From the NCBI GenBank assembly GCA_026770705.1, contig JANJGN010000007.1, positions 108,996,001 through 109,060,000 on the forward strand: 64,000 nucleotides of DNA, given 5' to 3'. Position numbers and translations under genes: made by a program. The DNA comes from Isurus oxyrinchus. Taxonomy: Eukaryota. The notes under the pieces were generated by a model. That model saw only the letters and a list, made by a program, of their open reading frames with translations. It was not told where the DNA came from and ran no database searches. This document shows, piece by piece, positions 37,871 through 49,190 of the stretch. Positions within the stretch are counted from its first letter, which is position 1; every line of letters begins with the position of its first letter.

Positions 37871-40724
37871 TGCGGAGTGGAACATGGTAACAGCAGGTGA
37901 AAACAAACTGCTTATCAGCTGGGGCTTCCTGAAGTACTATTTGCCATGGTTAATAGAGGACAGTAACGGTATAGAAAAACAAAACGTAAAAGAGTATTGA
38001 CTATTTCAGGGAAATGGAGCCATTTCAGTTTTAGTTAACGCTGGAGAGACTGTGTGGCTTTGCTGGCGATATCAGAAGAACAAGTGTCCAATTTAATGCT
38101 TGTACATTCAGAATGGAACCAGGTTAATCACTCAATATTCAAGCAACCCTGGAATCTCGGGACTTTCTGAATTTCAGAGTTTAGAAATATCCGGTGAGAT
38201 CTAGCTGTATTTTTAGGGTCTCCGGGTCTGAAAACATTCAAGGAGAACCAATTATTCTGGGAACATTCGGGAGTTCCCAACAGCACTGATGCAAGTTATG
38301 CCCTGTTTTGACCACAGTGAGATTGATGTTGGATTTCTCTCCAGGTCTGACAGAAATGGCGGCAGTTCTATTGTGAAGTAGAATTGGAAATGTGGTTGAA
38401 AGTTTTGTGAGAACGAAAAGTGAATCACAGGATACAACAATGTTGTCAGGGATTCCCAGGAGAGGAATCCAACGAGGAGAGGAAAATATTTAAAAGCACT
38501 GGGTTAACATATGAAGTGCACAAGCTAGTCTGCAAAGGCAGTTAGTTATAATTAGGTCTTTATGTTGGAACAGGTTATGGCAACCCCGAAAGCAAACTGC
38601 ACATTGTTACTGGGCACGCAGTGGGAAAGGCAAAGAAATGATGAAATAACTTGTTAGAAAGTTAAGCCTACTTAATTGGAATGTGATAAACCCGAAAAGG
38701 AGGGCTGTTTTCTGCTGGGAGGCAGGATAATGGCCATTATCAAAGGTTGCAAATGCTATACTTTACTGGAATGGAAAAATATTTTCTGATGTAGCCACAG
38801 CTGCCTTGATAATAGGTCGTAACCAAAAACATATGATGAAAGTAGGACGCGGAGCTGAAACTTAAACAATTCAAAGCCCTGTGTAAGTGTTTAATTTATA
38901 ATTAGATAATGAGGTTTTGTTTTCATGCTGTTATAATTGATTTGATAGTCTTTCGTCAGATTAACAATACAATAAAGGGATGGTTGAGTGAATGTGTGTC
39001 TATGGTTCTGCAGCTACTTAGCCTCTGTGTATGCCTATGACTGTCATGTACTCTGAAGAAGTAAACATCGTTGTTTAACGATTTAAAAAATCGTTTACGT
39101 AGCTACTTTCAGCCACAATAACAGGGGGTGTTACCCAGGAACATCACCGTGTAGTACCGAATGCTCCTGAAACCTGGCAACAATGTGGTAGCAAGGTCTC
39201 GCAGCTGTGTCGTAAGGTGTGTGTGCCCCAAAGAATTAGGACTTAAACTGCTCTGCTTCTCTTTCAAACCATCAGGCCCCAATTTACGATTATATTATCT
39301 GGTTTTCATATTACTATAACAAAATCAAATGTAATTTTGTATTCTTAGGTGCCCTCATTTTCCCATTGTCAATGATTATCTGTCTAAACCATCTTAGTAG
39401 AACGATTCTGTTTCTTACAATTAGTAGGCATCACGGAGCAGCTGCGCACAATTGTACAGTATCCATTTTTCAGCCGATGCGAAAAGCATAGATGTGAAAA
39501 TGCTGTCATTTAGTTTACATGGTAGCTTACAAGCCATGGAATTTCACTGCAAGTTCGGAAGCCTTTCAGCCGTTTGTTTATTTTCCACAGGTTTTGCCAG
39601 TCTGTCGCCGCAGTTCGGAGAGACAAGGGGAACACACTTTGAATTTAATAGCATTTTTCAATAAGCAATAAGATGTTTGTGGACGCAACAGCCATGAGTT
39701 TGCTAATCAAGTATGTTTGTATTAAAGTGTTGCCTAAACACTTATCAACAGAGAATAATATCCTATAATAAATACATTTTGAGAAGTCAACCTCCTATTT
39801 ATTTCCAAGCCATTTGGAGACAGGCAAAGCAATTCTCAATCAATCAGGACTGAATCGACGTACCCTATACCCTTCAATTCATTTTGTTACACAGGCAACA
39901 TGTAGAAAAAGAATTAAAAAGCGGGCGTAATGACAACGCAAAAAATGCAAGCTATAAAACTCTGCAAACTACAGAAAATCGGAATGCACAGATGTGGTTG
40001 TTCCTCCAACTGCCCTGAGGGAAACAACTATTCAATTGCTTTTGTGACAGGTTCAGATATTGATTGAAAAACTTTGCTGAAGTTTTTGAAAGTCACAAAG
40101 GACAATTGACTGGGTAAATAAAACGAATGACAAGATTATGATCACAACATTTATTTTATCATGCCAATGGATATAGATTTGCCATGAACATTTCCCTAAC
40201 AATATTCGAACCTAAGATTTTATCACTATTTTGTCGTTGCTTCTTTGTAGATGACTTGTTACTCGTCTTTGAATCTTCACCTTTAGCTCCGAAAATTCCA
40301 TGCTCCCTTTGTTACTTTTACATATACCGGCATTTTGGCTTTATTCTTGGCCAGCAACTCTCTTTCTTTGTGATGCCACGGTTTGGCCATAGTTTCTGCT
40401 TTTCATTACTGGTTTGTGCATTGCTGCTCAAAGCATCCATTCGCTTGAGATATAACACATGATCCAAATCAGTGCAATTTAAAATATCCTGGCGCCCCTT
40501 AAATATTAGTACTGTACATCTGCCTGATGGGTCCCTGAGCCTGCTTTTCGGTTATATGTAAGCGTAAACATTTCCTCACCTCATCAGGATTAGCTCCTGT
40601 AATTTGTTGCAGTACGAGCGAATTCATTTTTTAACATTATGTTCAGTAGTTAGGCGATTGCTAACATCCGTTTACATCCTGCCAGCCAAGCATTGATCAC
40701 AATGACTGGAATAAAGTAGTAATG

Positions 40725-41085
40725 AGGTGGTGGCACAATCGTAATAGCACTAGACGCATAATCGAGGGACCCCCAATCTAATGACCTGGGAAAATGTGTC
40801 CAAATCCCACCACGGCAGCTATTGGAATGTGAATTCAATTATAGACCTGGACTATAAAGATAGTCACATTGATAATGACCATGGAACGATCATCGATTAT
40901 CTGGCTCACTAATTACATTTAGGGAAGGAACTCTGCCGCCCTTAACCAATTTGGCCTACATATGGTTCCAGGCCCAGACCCACGGTAATGTGGCTCTTAT
41001 CTACGCTCTGAAAGTGCAATTAGTGCTGGGCAACAAATTCAGGCCTTGCCAGCGATACCCGCATTCCATGAGCCAATAAGGAAAA
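40725..41085 (+). mobile_element. tRNA-derived SINE sharing its 3' tail with the second LINE family
   Basis: ggtggcaca..gtaat head, caaatcccaccacggcag B-box region, tttagggaaggaa.tctgcc, and tail gggcaacaaat..ggccttgccagcga; another copy at ~46268-46490. Confidence 0.7.
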
Positions 41086-41099
41086 AAGTGCACTGACTT

Positions 41100-41760
41100 T
41101 AAATGCTCTTCACCTATCCTCAAACTCCTTTGTCATTGACCATCATCCTGTATCTTCTTGTCACTGATGCTTCTCAGAAGTTCCTAACATGCACCAACCA
41201 CTACCCTTTGTTTCCTGCCCCAGCGACAGTTGCAAGTCTAACTCACCACATTCTCCTGCATCTCATGGGATTTTACATTTCTAACCAGGCTGCCATGAGG
41301 GACCTTCTCAAATGCCTTACTAAAATCCAAGTATCCTTTTTACTTCCACAAAAAGTAAGAGGGGTCATGAGAAAAATTGTCTTCAGCCAGAGGGTGGTTT
41401 GTGTTTGGAATTCAGTGCCCGGTTTGGTAATGGAGGCAGAAATCCTCAGCTCCTTTAAAAGGTACCAGGATCTGCACCAAAGTGCTGTAACCTGCAAGAG
41501 TACGGACCAGCTGCTGGAAGGTGGTGTTAAAATGGACAGCTACATTTATTTTTCGGACGGTGCAGCCACAATGGGCTGAGTGTTCTCTTCCTGTTCTGTA
41601 ACTATTCCATGGCTCGATTTGCTCCCGTAAAGTACTCATGGTTTTGAACAACTCATCAAATTTCCTCTCCACCTTCTCTGTTTTAAAGAAAATGATCCCA
41701 GCTTGTGCTGTCTCTTCGCATATCTAAAATGCATCAACCGTGGTACAATCCCTCAATTTT
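41100..41760. mobile_element. CR1 fragments in both orientations
   Basis: FSQRVVCVWNSVP..VMEAE.LSSFKR on +; flanking minus-strand pieces. Confidence 0.65.
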
Positions 41761-42607
41761 CGCAACTCCCCTTTAATCCAATGGGCGTTGTCTGCTCGAG
41801 GTGCCTTTGGAGCTTATGTCTTGTCTCGATCGACCCATCCTGATGTTCCTCTCCCATAAAACTACGTAATCTTCCACGCAGGCTATGGTCCAATCCCCGT
41901 CAAAGTGTAATTTTTTTCATGGAAGAAAAAGCCAGAAATTAAGAACTGGACAAGTAAAGATCACTAAACAACGTAGTTACGGCTATTATACTGTTTGCCT
42001 GAAAGGCGATATTTCTGACATTGTAAAAGACACCTAGCAGAGCAGTATGCAGTAGTCCAGTTCTCTTTCAGTCCCGGGAGTAAGGGTTCAAATGACAATT
42101 AGCTGAGATGCAAGTGTGCTACCAGTGAGTATAACGGAGACTCACAAAGTTACTTTGTGCATAAGCATGAGGCATCAGTACGCAAGTGCATTTCCTGCGG
42201 CAAGCAACAAATTATACAACTGTGTAGTAAATTGGGCTTCTGGGATGTATAATTGGGAACAGTGCACACTTCGAATGGAATAAAATGGTAATCTGTTGAG
42301 AGCAAACAGAAATTAGGAATAAGCACGCTTATTACAAATACATTCTTCACAGTCTCATATCCTGGCTATAATAATGATATAAGCTTAACCTTCACATCTT
42401 CAATTCCAAGAGGTGTAGAGTTGACTAAGTCTTGCAAACAACTGCCCTTATCATCCAGAGCCACATCTAGCCGGATCATGTGAAGCCGCGCAGAGCCTCA
42501 CTCTTCGCGGCAACAACTGTTCACTTCTGTATTTGTCCTGGGAATAACGATAACCAAACATTTAGTCCACCGCGCTACACCCCAACCCCATAAAACAAGT
42601 ACAGGCA

Positions 42608-42610
<3 letters not shown>

Positions 42611-42640
<30 letters not shown>
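42611..42640. repeat. (CA)n microsatellite
   Basis: Direct reading. Confidence 0.95.
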
Positions 42641-42642
<2 letters not shown>

Positions 42643-43399
42643 ACTCCTGCTGCAATCTTTCTCACCTGGCGAAAATTTCTAAAAACTCAAGGGTGTTATT
42701 GCCAACAAATATGAACCATCCTGTCAACGACCTCTGGTGCCTCCTTCTTTCCACTTGCGCGCCAGACCAAATCTCTCCTTCGCGTTCTACCACATCCTTA
42801 AAAGTCTCTTACTCAGGACCTTTTCTTTTTCCCCCAAAAAACCCTCTAAACACATCTTATCCAAGAACCAGTTCCTCTTCCAGAGGCTCTATGGGAAACG
42901 AACAACTGGTCATCAACATTTATCAGGTCCCATGATAGCATGTTAAGCGACTGTTTCTCTAAAGACTCTACGTCCCTGGAAACCATTATTGTCTCTCTGC
43001 AATAAACTCACATTCGCCCGCTCTCCCCTTACAAACTTGCACCACACCTCCAACCTCCTAGTCGCCCCTGAAGGCAGCGAAGTTGTTATTGGAGCAAAAA
43101 TCCTGTTTCAGTTTCTGCACTTAGTTCTCGAATCCACACACAATACATAACAGTGCAAAATCTGCCGTGAATTACTGTATCTGTGAATATTATCATGGTG
43201 CGTAACCTCACCTCATTTTTAGGTTCTCAACCTCTCTGCAGCCTTTGATAAGCCCAGGAAATCACGATTCGTCGGCCCTTCACCGCTGATCTCCACCCTG
43301 GTTAGACTACCGTTGTTTGCGGGGAAACAACACTGACTCGGTGAGTGATAGCAAATTCAGCATTGGAAAATCAACATTTTCCCCCACACCTTGCTGTCC

Positions 43400-43606
43400 G
43401 TAACATGTGTGGTTCCATATGTTCAATAATTGAAGAGGTTTTTTTTAAATCGCACTGAACTAACGAAGCTGAATTTCTCAACCCACAATTGCCGGATGTC
43501 AATTGTCATTGCGACGTCTCTGATAGGAAACTAACCGGAAATCCTTTTAAACAGTTGCAAGCTCGCAGTTACTGCAGAGAGTCAACAGTTGGATCCATTT
43601 TTAAGA
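43400..43606 (+). promoter_or_regulatory. Putative proximal promoter / 5' UTR of the VJ-C1 receptor
   Basis: RUNX TGTGGTT 43408-43414, ETS CCGGATGT 43492-43499 and ACCGGAAAT 43534-43542, GATA-like TGATAG 43521, and E-boxes CAGTTG just upstream of the ATG. Confidence 0.5.
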
Positions 43607-43661
43607 ATGACAACGTGTTTGGCATTTCTGTGCCTGATCTTCCGAGGGAGCTTTGACACAG
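43607..43661 (+). CDS. Exon 1, signal peptide MTTCLAFLCLIFRGSFDT
   Basis: agaATGa start, hydrophobic core, phase-1 donor G|gtaccg. Confidence 0.85.
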
Positions 43662-46600
43662 GTACCGGTTTATTCATTTGCTCAGTTACTCTAAACTGCT
43701 TCGGAAGGTTTTTTCATATTCATTTAACAAACCGCATTTCCTCTGTCTTGATTATGTTTTCCCCTTCCACCTTCGTGTATTAGCTAATACTGCTAACCTA
43801 TGTTTGACTATATTTCTGACAGCTGAGTGCCACACTTCGATCCGTGTGTCTCAAGCACCACATAAAGCGAATGTATCCAGAGGCGAGAATGTCACATTCT
43901 ACTGCATATTCCCCATTCTTCAAGACCAAGCCAGGGCACGGGTATTATGGTGGAAACATGGTGAGAATGAATACCTGGACAGAAACGCGGAGAAGAGAAG
44001 GAGGTTTGGTATGGAAAGCAAAGTGAGCGGTTTCTTTCAGTTATTGGACGCGAAATTACAAGACTCAGGAATTTATTACTGCTCCGTGATCCGTCGGGGA
44101 GTAGTTCGAGGAAATGGAACAGGATCACATCTAATTGTGCACGGTAAGTTTGGAACACAGGAAAGCAAAACCGGCATAAATATATCAAACACAACAATCG
44201 GGAATGTGCATCTTTTCTGTCAGTAAAAACGTAGTTATTAATACATTTCGCGATGTTATTTGTATATTCGTGTTCTCCATATGAAATGCTAAATATACAA
44301 ACAATGCCACGCGCAGAGTAGCGAATACCTAGCAATATAATCAAATATAGCATAACTATAAAGGCAATTTGTGCACCAAATTTATATAAGCTGCAACTCG
44401 GAATAAATTCTTAACATATAACTGACTGAAAATCTTATACATGAATGCGCCTTTCCCAACATTTACATGCCTATTAGCCTGGCTTTGTTAGTCTACCTGC
44501 CGCCATGAAGATTAATGTCCCTGAAACTAAATCTAACGTCATGATAGCGTTCGGATTTCAATGTCAATCTGCAGCTAACCCTTGACCAACAAATTCATTA
44601 AAGAGCTGGGGTTTGAAACATATAAGGTTGTCACCTCTCCTCTCAAACTTTTCAATAAATAAAACAATACAGAGATGCTGTGTTGCTGAAACCTCCTGAG
44701 GTTCAACTGAATATAATTCATTTAATCAATGGTCTTGATATGGATCTGAGATATTCGGGCATCGTTAAAGTTCTCCTTTAATCATCAAAAATACGCTTAC
44801 TTTTCGACATTGTCTTTCACTGCACATTAAACAGTGAAGATTCAGCGAGCCGACTTGCCCACCAAGGTTTAATTCCGCAGACGATGTAAACCAAACATTG
44901 GTTAGCCAATTATGCCGTTGGCGGGCCAAGGAATTCAAAGTCTTGACAGCCTGCTAAAGTCGACAGAATGGCGGTCTTTATGAGAGTTCTATATGATTTA
45001 GGCACAGGTGATGTGTGTAACAGTAGAAGGACAGGAAGCTGGAATTGTAATTTACCCGACTGCAAGAAAATAGGCCCAAAGTAAATCATAACTATATTTA
45101 ATTTATCCAAGTAGCGTACAGTAGCTCAACCTTGTTCATCTGTGTTCACAGCGACCCCAGCCCCACTAAGAATTGTCCCCAGGACATCTGAATGGAATTC
45201 ATCTACTGTTTTGACTCTGGTCTGTTATACGGCTGCCTTTTATCCAGCAAATGTCACCCTCACGTGGTATGAAAATGGTATCGAGACTACATTCGGAATA
45301 AACACCAGTAAAGTGCAGAACTCTGAGGGACTGTATGAAGTTTCTAGCTCTTTGGCTGAGACGCAGCCTGCCCGGAGCGACGCGAATTATACTTGCTTGG
45401 TCTTCCATAGCACCCTCAATACTCCAGCTGTTGTCACGTACAAGGTTTTTAAATCTAACCAAGGTAGGAGACCAACATTTCAAGAAGGAGAACCAGCTAC
45501 TGTTGAATTCATAGAGTCATACGTCATACGCTATGTGCATATTGAGAATCATGAAACTGTTCTACGGAAATCTGATGGGAAATATCAATGACATCTTTAA
45601 AATCTTGTCTTTACAGTGAACTGAATGTGATGTTTTGCAAAACCTGGTTGTACCTCCAGGCACACAAATATACTTGGTCAAACCGAAGTTATTTCCAAAT
45701 TCTTTTATTTCTTACGTAACAATATTAAATATCACCATTTATTTTTTAGTCTCATATTTCCTCACCTAAACGTTATGAATATTTTCATTTTCTATTTTCC
45801 CATGTTAAAAGTAGTTTCTTCTGACCATTGCCGACTCATCTTGCAGGAAGACCATCATCAGGAGCTGCAGACATGTTATTTGCGCACGAAAGCCTTGCGA
45901 AATAATTTCCGATATTGCCTCATGTTCGGCTACTTCCAGTGGAAAGTTTTGAACTAACCATCTGGCCAACTTCTCCTCCTCACCGCCCACAACGGGTTTA
46001 ACTGGGATGGGTCTCATATGGTTGCAGCATATTCGGTTCAATGCAGCATGTTGTTGACGACTCCCTGCATAGTGAGACGAATCAATGATACATTTTTTCA
46101 TTTACTTAAGGGTTGTAGGCGTCGATGCCTGGTCCACCATTTCTTGCTCATTCCTAATTGACCTTGAACGGAGTGGCTTTCAGGACATTTCAGAGGGCAG
46201 TTAAGAGTCAACCACGTCGTTGCTGATGCCCGTTTATATCCAATGGCAGCAATATTTTACGAGCAGCTGGTGACGTAGTGGTCATGTCTCTGGACTAGTA
46301 ATGCAGAGGCCTAGGATAATGCTGCTCGAAAAATACATACTTCAAAGCTAGTTTTAGTGATGTGCCATGACACTATAATCAATGGCCATAAAAAAAAACA
46401 TTTGGTTCACTAAAGGCATTCAGGGAAGGAAATCTGTCATCCTTTCCCGGTCTGGCTCCAGACCCACTGCAATGCGTTGAGATCCTTAAAAGGGTAGGGA
46501 TCTTCACAGATTAATCAGAAATGCGTCATCTTTTCGAGGAGAAAGCAAGTGCAGATATTTTAGCTAAAAATAACATTTTGTATTTAAATATTCTTGCTCG

Positions 46601-48891
46601 TTTTGAATACTGAGGTGTTAGTGAGAACAGCACTATAGTTTAAACAATACACTATCCTAGAACTTATTTTTAACTGAACATTCGTCAAAACATAATATTG
46701 CAATTAACCTTGCAGGTATTGTCCAGAAGTCACTCTACTATTGGATTCCAGTGTATGTGGTGCTTGGATTCGCGCTCCTGTTGTTTATGAGCGTCATTGG
46801 AGGACGGTACCGAATGCAGAAGAATGAAGGTAAGATCTGCTGTGAACCCTTGATTTTTTGCATAAAACCTCAGGAGGAATGACAGTTACCGGTAACACAG
46901 GAATAAAAGGGAAGCCGATAAGGAGTTAAAGTTGAAAACACTCTTAATGTTTTCAGGGAGCATCGATTGTTGAAAATATGCCTTGTAATATATAGAATTC
47001 TAATAAAAATTTAAACTATTATCTAGATGTTTATAAAGATATTTTTCCTTTGCAAAATGCTAAACGAAAGGCACCTTGGCACGCAATCACTTTCCAAACC
47101 ATTACGTGTTGGAAGCGCAATTGGCATGATGTGCGGCTTCCGCCGGTAATGGTTGTAGAGAACAAAAACAGAATTACCTGGAAAAACTCAGCAGGTCTGG
47201 CAGCATCGGCGGAGAAGAAAACAGTTGACGTTTCGAGTCCTCATGACCCTTCGACAGAACTTGTAGACAGAACTCTTTTCTTCTCCGCCGATGCTGCCAG
47301 ACCTGCTGAGTTTTTCCAGGTAATTCTGTTTTTGTTTTGGATTTCCAGCATCCGCAGTTTTCTTTGTTTTTATAATGGTTGTACAGGTTGATACATGAGA
47401 AACAGGAGCAGGATCAGGTCATACAACTCCCCGAGCCTGCTCCACCATCATGGCTGATGTTCGGCACTCTTCAGCTGCATTTCGATGTCCTTTGATTCCT
47501 GCAGCATCCGAAATATTAACTTAGTTTGCGCGAAATATTCAAAACATAATCTACTGCTGCTTGGAGTTCAAAACCTTTCCGCACAGGTCAAAGCTGAAAA
47601 CGCATGTTGGGCTTTTTATAACTATAGACATATCTTTGTAATGTTTGAGATGAAAAATAAGTTTAAAAATACTGAAAATGCTGCGGGAGCGAGTAGGGTG
47701 GTGGTGGGTGGGGGCGGGGGGTGAGGTGGGTGCGGTTGGGGAGGGGGTCTCAGCAGGTCTGGCAACATCTTTGGAGAGATAAATGCGGTTAGTGTTTCGA
47801 GTCCCTATGCCTCTTCATCAGTGATTATTTCGATATTAAATTTTATTTCTTCCCAGGTAAACAAGAACATTTAACAGGCAGAGACCGTCGCGAGGAGCTG
47901 GTGCGTTGATTCATCGACAGTTTGTTGAATTATCAAAGAAGATTGATATAATGGAAAGTTAATATCACCATCAGATCAGACCAGTTTAAATACATTTATT
48001 AAAAGTATTTGCCCGATCTGAGAGAGATAGTCAAGTCAGATATAGAAATTTATTTGCCACCTAGTCCGTTGCTGGCAAACATTGGTAAATGCTTAGAAAA
48101 TAAAACCACCTATTTCGTTGAAAATGTACCTGGTTAACAACTATCCATAAATGTATCTATCCTTTTGGAATCGAAAATGAATTTTACGTATTGAGACTGC
48201 TGTCCATTTAAACATTCCTGTAAGGCTTCTATCGAGTAAACATTGGCAGGTTTAAATAGTTGGTATAGTAGCCACAGGCTCTTAATATTCGAACTTATGT
48301 AACGATCAATGCATTATCGTTTGCGCACTTCAGCTCGAGCCCAGGTTAACCTGTTCAATGCTTGAGCAGCGCCACGCAAACTGGTGAACATAATGAACCA
48401 GCTAGGTAACTAGAATTTTTACTTATGGTCCATTCAGGGAGCAGAGTCCGACTTTGTGGAATATGCGGCATTAGACTTGATGAAAACTCCAAGGCGCAAA
48501 CGTGAAAAGGTGAGTATGTTTAGGTAGGGCCGAGTAATATATCAGATAAACAAATATCACCAATATAACATCAACGGTCGTGTGATAGGCAGGGAAAATG
48601 TTTCTGTTGATTTTGACCGTACGTTGTCTCTAAGGTTATTATGTGTCCTTCTGATGAATGTTTTGAACAGGTTCCAGAGAACTTGCAAAACGGCAAATAA
48701 ACAATATTTTCAAACTGACCTTACAGACCCAACAATGCATAGCCGGTGCCGATCTGCTGTACGCGAGTGTAACACAAACAGGCCCAGGCAGAGGTAAAAC
48801 TAACGAAAGAAGTACGGAGTATGCAGAGCTGCGGATAAAAACACAAGGTGGAGTAAGAGAGGCTGTCTATACAGAAGCAAAAATCAACTAG
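43607..48891 (+). CDS. Ig-superfamily type I receptor: leader-V(J)-C1-TM-ITIM tail (NKp30/NCR3-like V, SIRP-like tail), ~360 aa, 7 exons: join(43607-43661,43823-44143,45152-45463,46716-46829,47857-47900,48438-48509,48727-48891)
   Basis: All introns are GT-AG with phases 1,1,1,1,0,0 and give one open frame of 1083 nt; canonical V and C1 motifs, a hydrophobic TM and tyrosine motifs are present. Confidence 0.9.
43823..44143 (+). CDS. Exon 2, V-set Ig domain with in-exon J-like G strand
   Basis: ttctgacag| ... VSQAP..VSRGENVTFYC..VLWWK..QLLDAKLQDSGIYYC..RGNGTGSHLIVH G|gtaagt; 321 nt. Confidence 0.95.
45152..45463 (+). CDS. Exon 3, C1-set Ig domain
   Basis: ttcacag| TLVCYTAAFYPANVTLTWYENG..NSEGLYEVSSSL..YTCLVFHSTL ..G|gtagga; 312 nt. 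Confidence 0.95.
46716..46829 (+). CDS. Exon 4, transmembrane
   Basis: cttgcag| GIVQKSLYYWIPVYVVLGFALLLFMSVIGGRYRMQKNE G|gtaaga; no charged residue in the helix. Confidence 0.9.
47161..47372. mobile_element. Young palindromic Penelope-derived element in intron 4, with TSD
   Basis: ~60-bp perfect inverted arms (47162-47221 / 47277-47336); TSD taatggttgta(g/c)ag at 47147-47160 and 47373-47386. Confidence 0.9.
47857..47900 (+). CDS. Exon 5, cytoplasmic GKQEHLTGRDRREEL
   Basis: tttcttcccag| ... CTG|gtgcgt; bridges phase 1 to phase 0. Confidence 0.8.
48438..48509 (+). CDS. Exon 6, cytoplasmic, ITIM VEYAAL
   Basis: cattcag| GAESDFVEYAALDLMKTPRRKREK |gtgagt. Confidence 0.88.
48727..48891 (+). CDS. 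Exon 7, cytoplasmic, with LLYASV, TEYAEL, AVYTEA and stop
   Basis: cttacag| TQQCIAGADLLYASVTQTGPGRGKTNERSTEYAELRIKTQGGVREAVYTEAKIN*; the acceptor is conserved in the paralogue at 360. Confidence 0.82.
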   Translation, partial: TQQCIAGADLLYASVTQTGPGRGKTNERSTEYAELRIKTQGGVREAVYTEAKIN

Positions 48892-49184
48892 CAATTGAAT
48901 TTAAACGCTGGAGTCGTTTTGCAGTCTGTTCTGATCGCTTCGCTCTGCTGTACCGTTTCCAGATGTATATGTATTGTGGGATAACATGTCTATCAGAAAA
49001 TTCAGTCCATAGTAGTCACTTGCTATTCAATTATTTGAAGTTTCATTTTCGCTGGTTTGATGAAAAACATAACTTTCGTGGCAAATTTTCAGGATGAATC
49101 TGTATCTTTAAAAATAATGCCACATCTTTTCCTTCGACCACAATGGTACGCTAATGGCACCTAATTATCTGTATACCAGAATTT

Positions 49185-49190
49185 AATAAA
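49185..49190 (+). terminator. Polyadenylation signal AATAAA
   Basis: First AATAAA ~295 nt after the stop codon. Confidence 0.6.

Noticed and set aside
38440-39125. Possible solo LTR
   Set aside because: TG..CA ends and an AATAAA are suggestive, but no TSD, PBS or second copy could be confirmed.
43678-44226. 182-aa ORF as a stand-alone protein
   Set aside because: It is the V exon plus intronic read-through; splice sites at 43823 and 44143 define the real exon. The same applies to 45142-45591.
43607-45463. Rearranging Ig light-chain or TCR locus
   Set aside because: No RSS or separate J segment, no FGxG, and a TM plus long ITIM tail.
48582-48797. 71-aa ORF over the last exon
   Set aside because: Wrong frame; the spliced frame from 48727 carries the tyrosine motifs.
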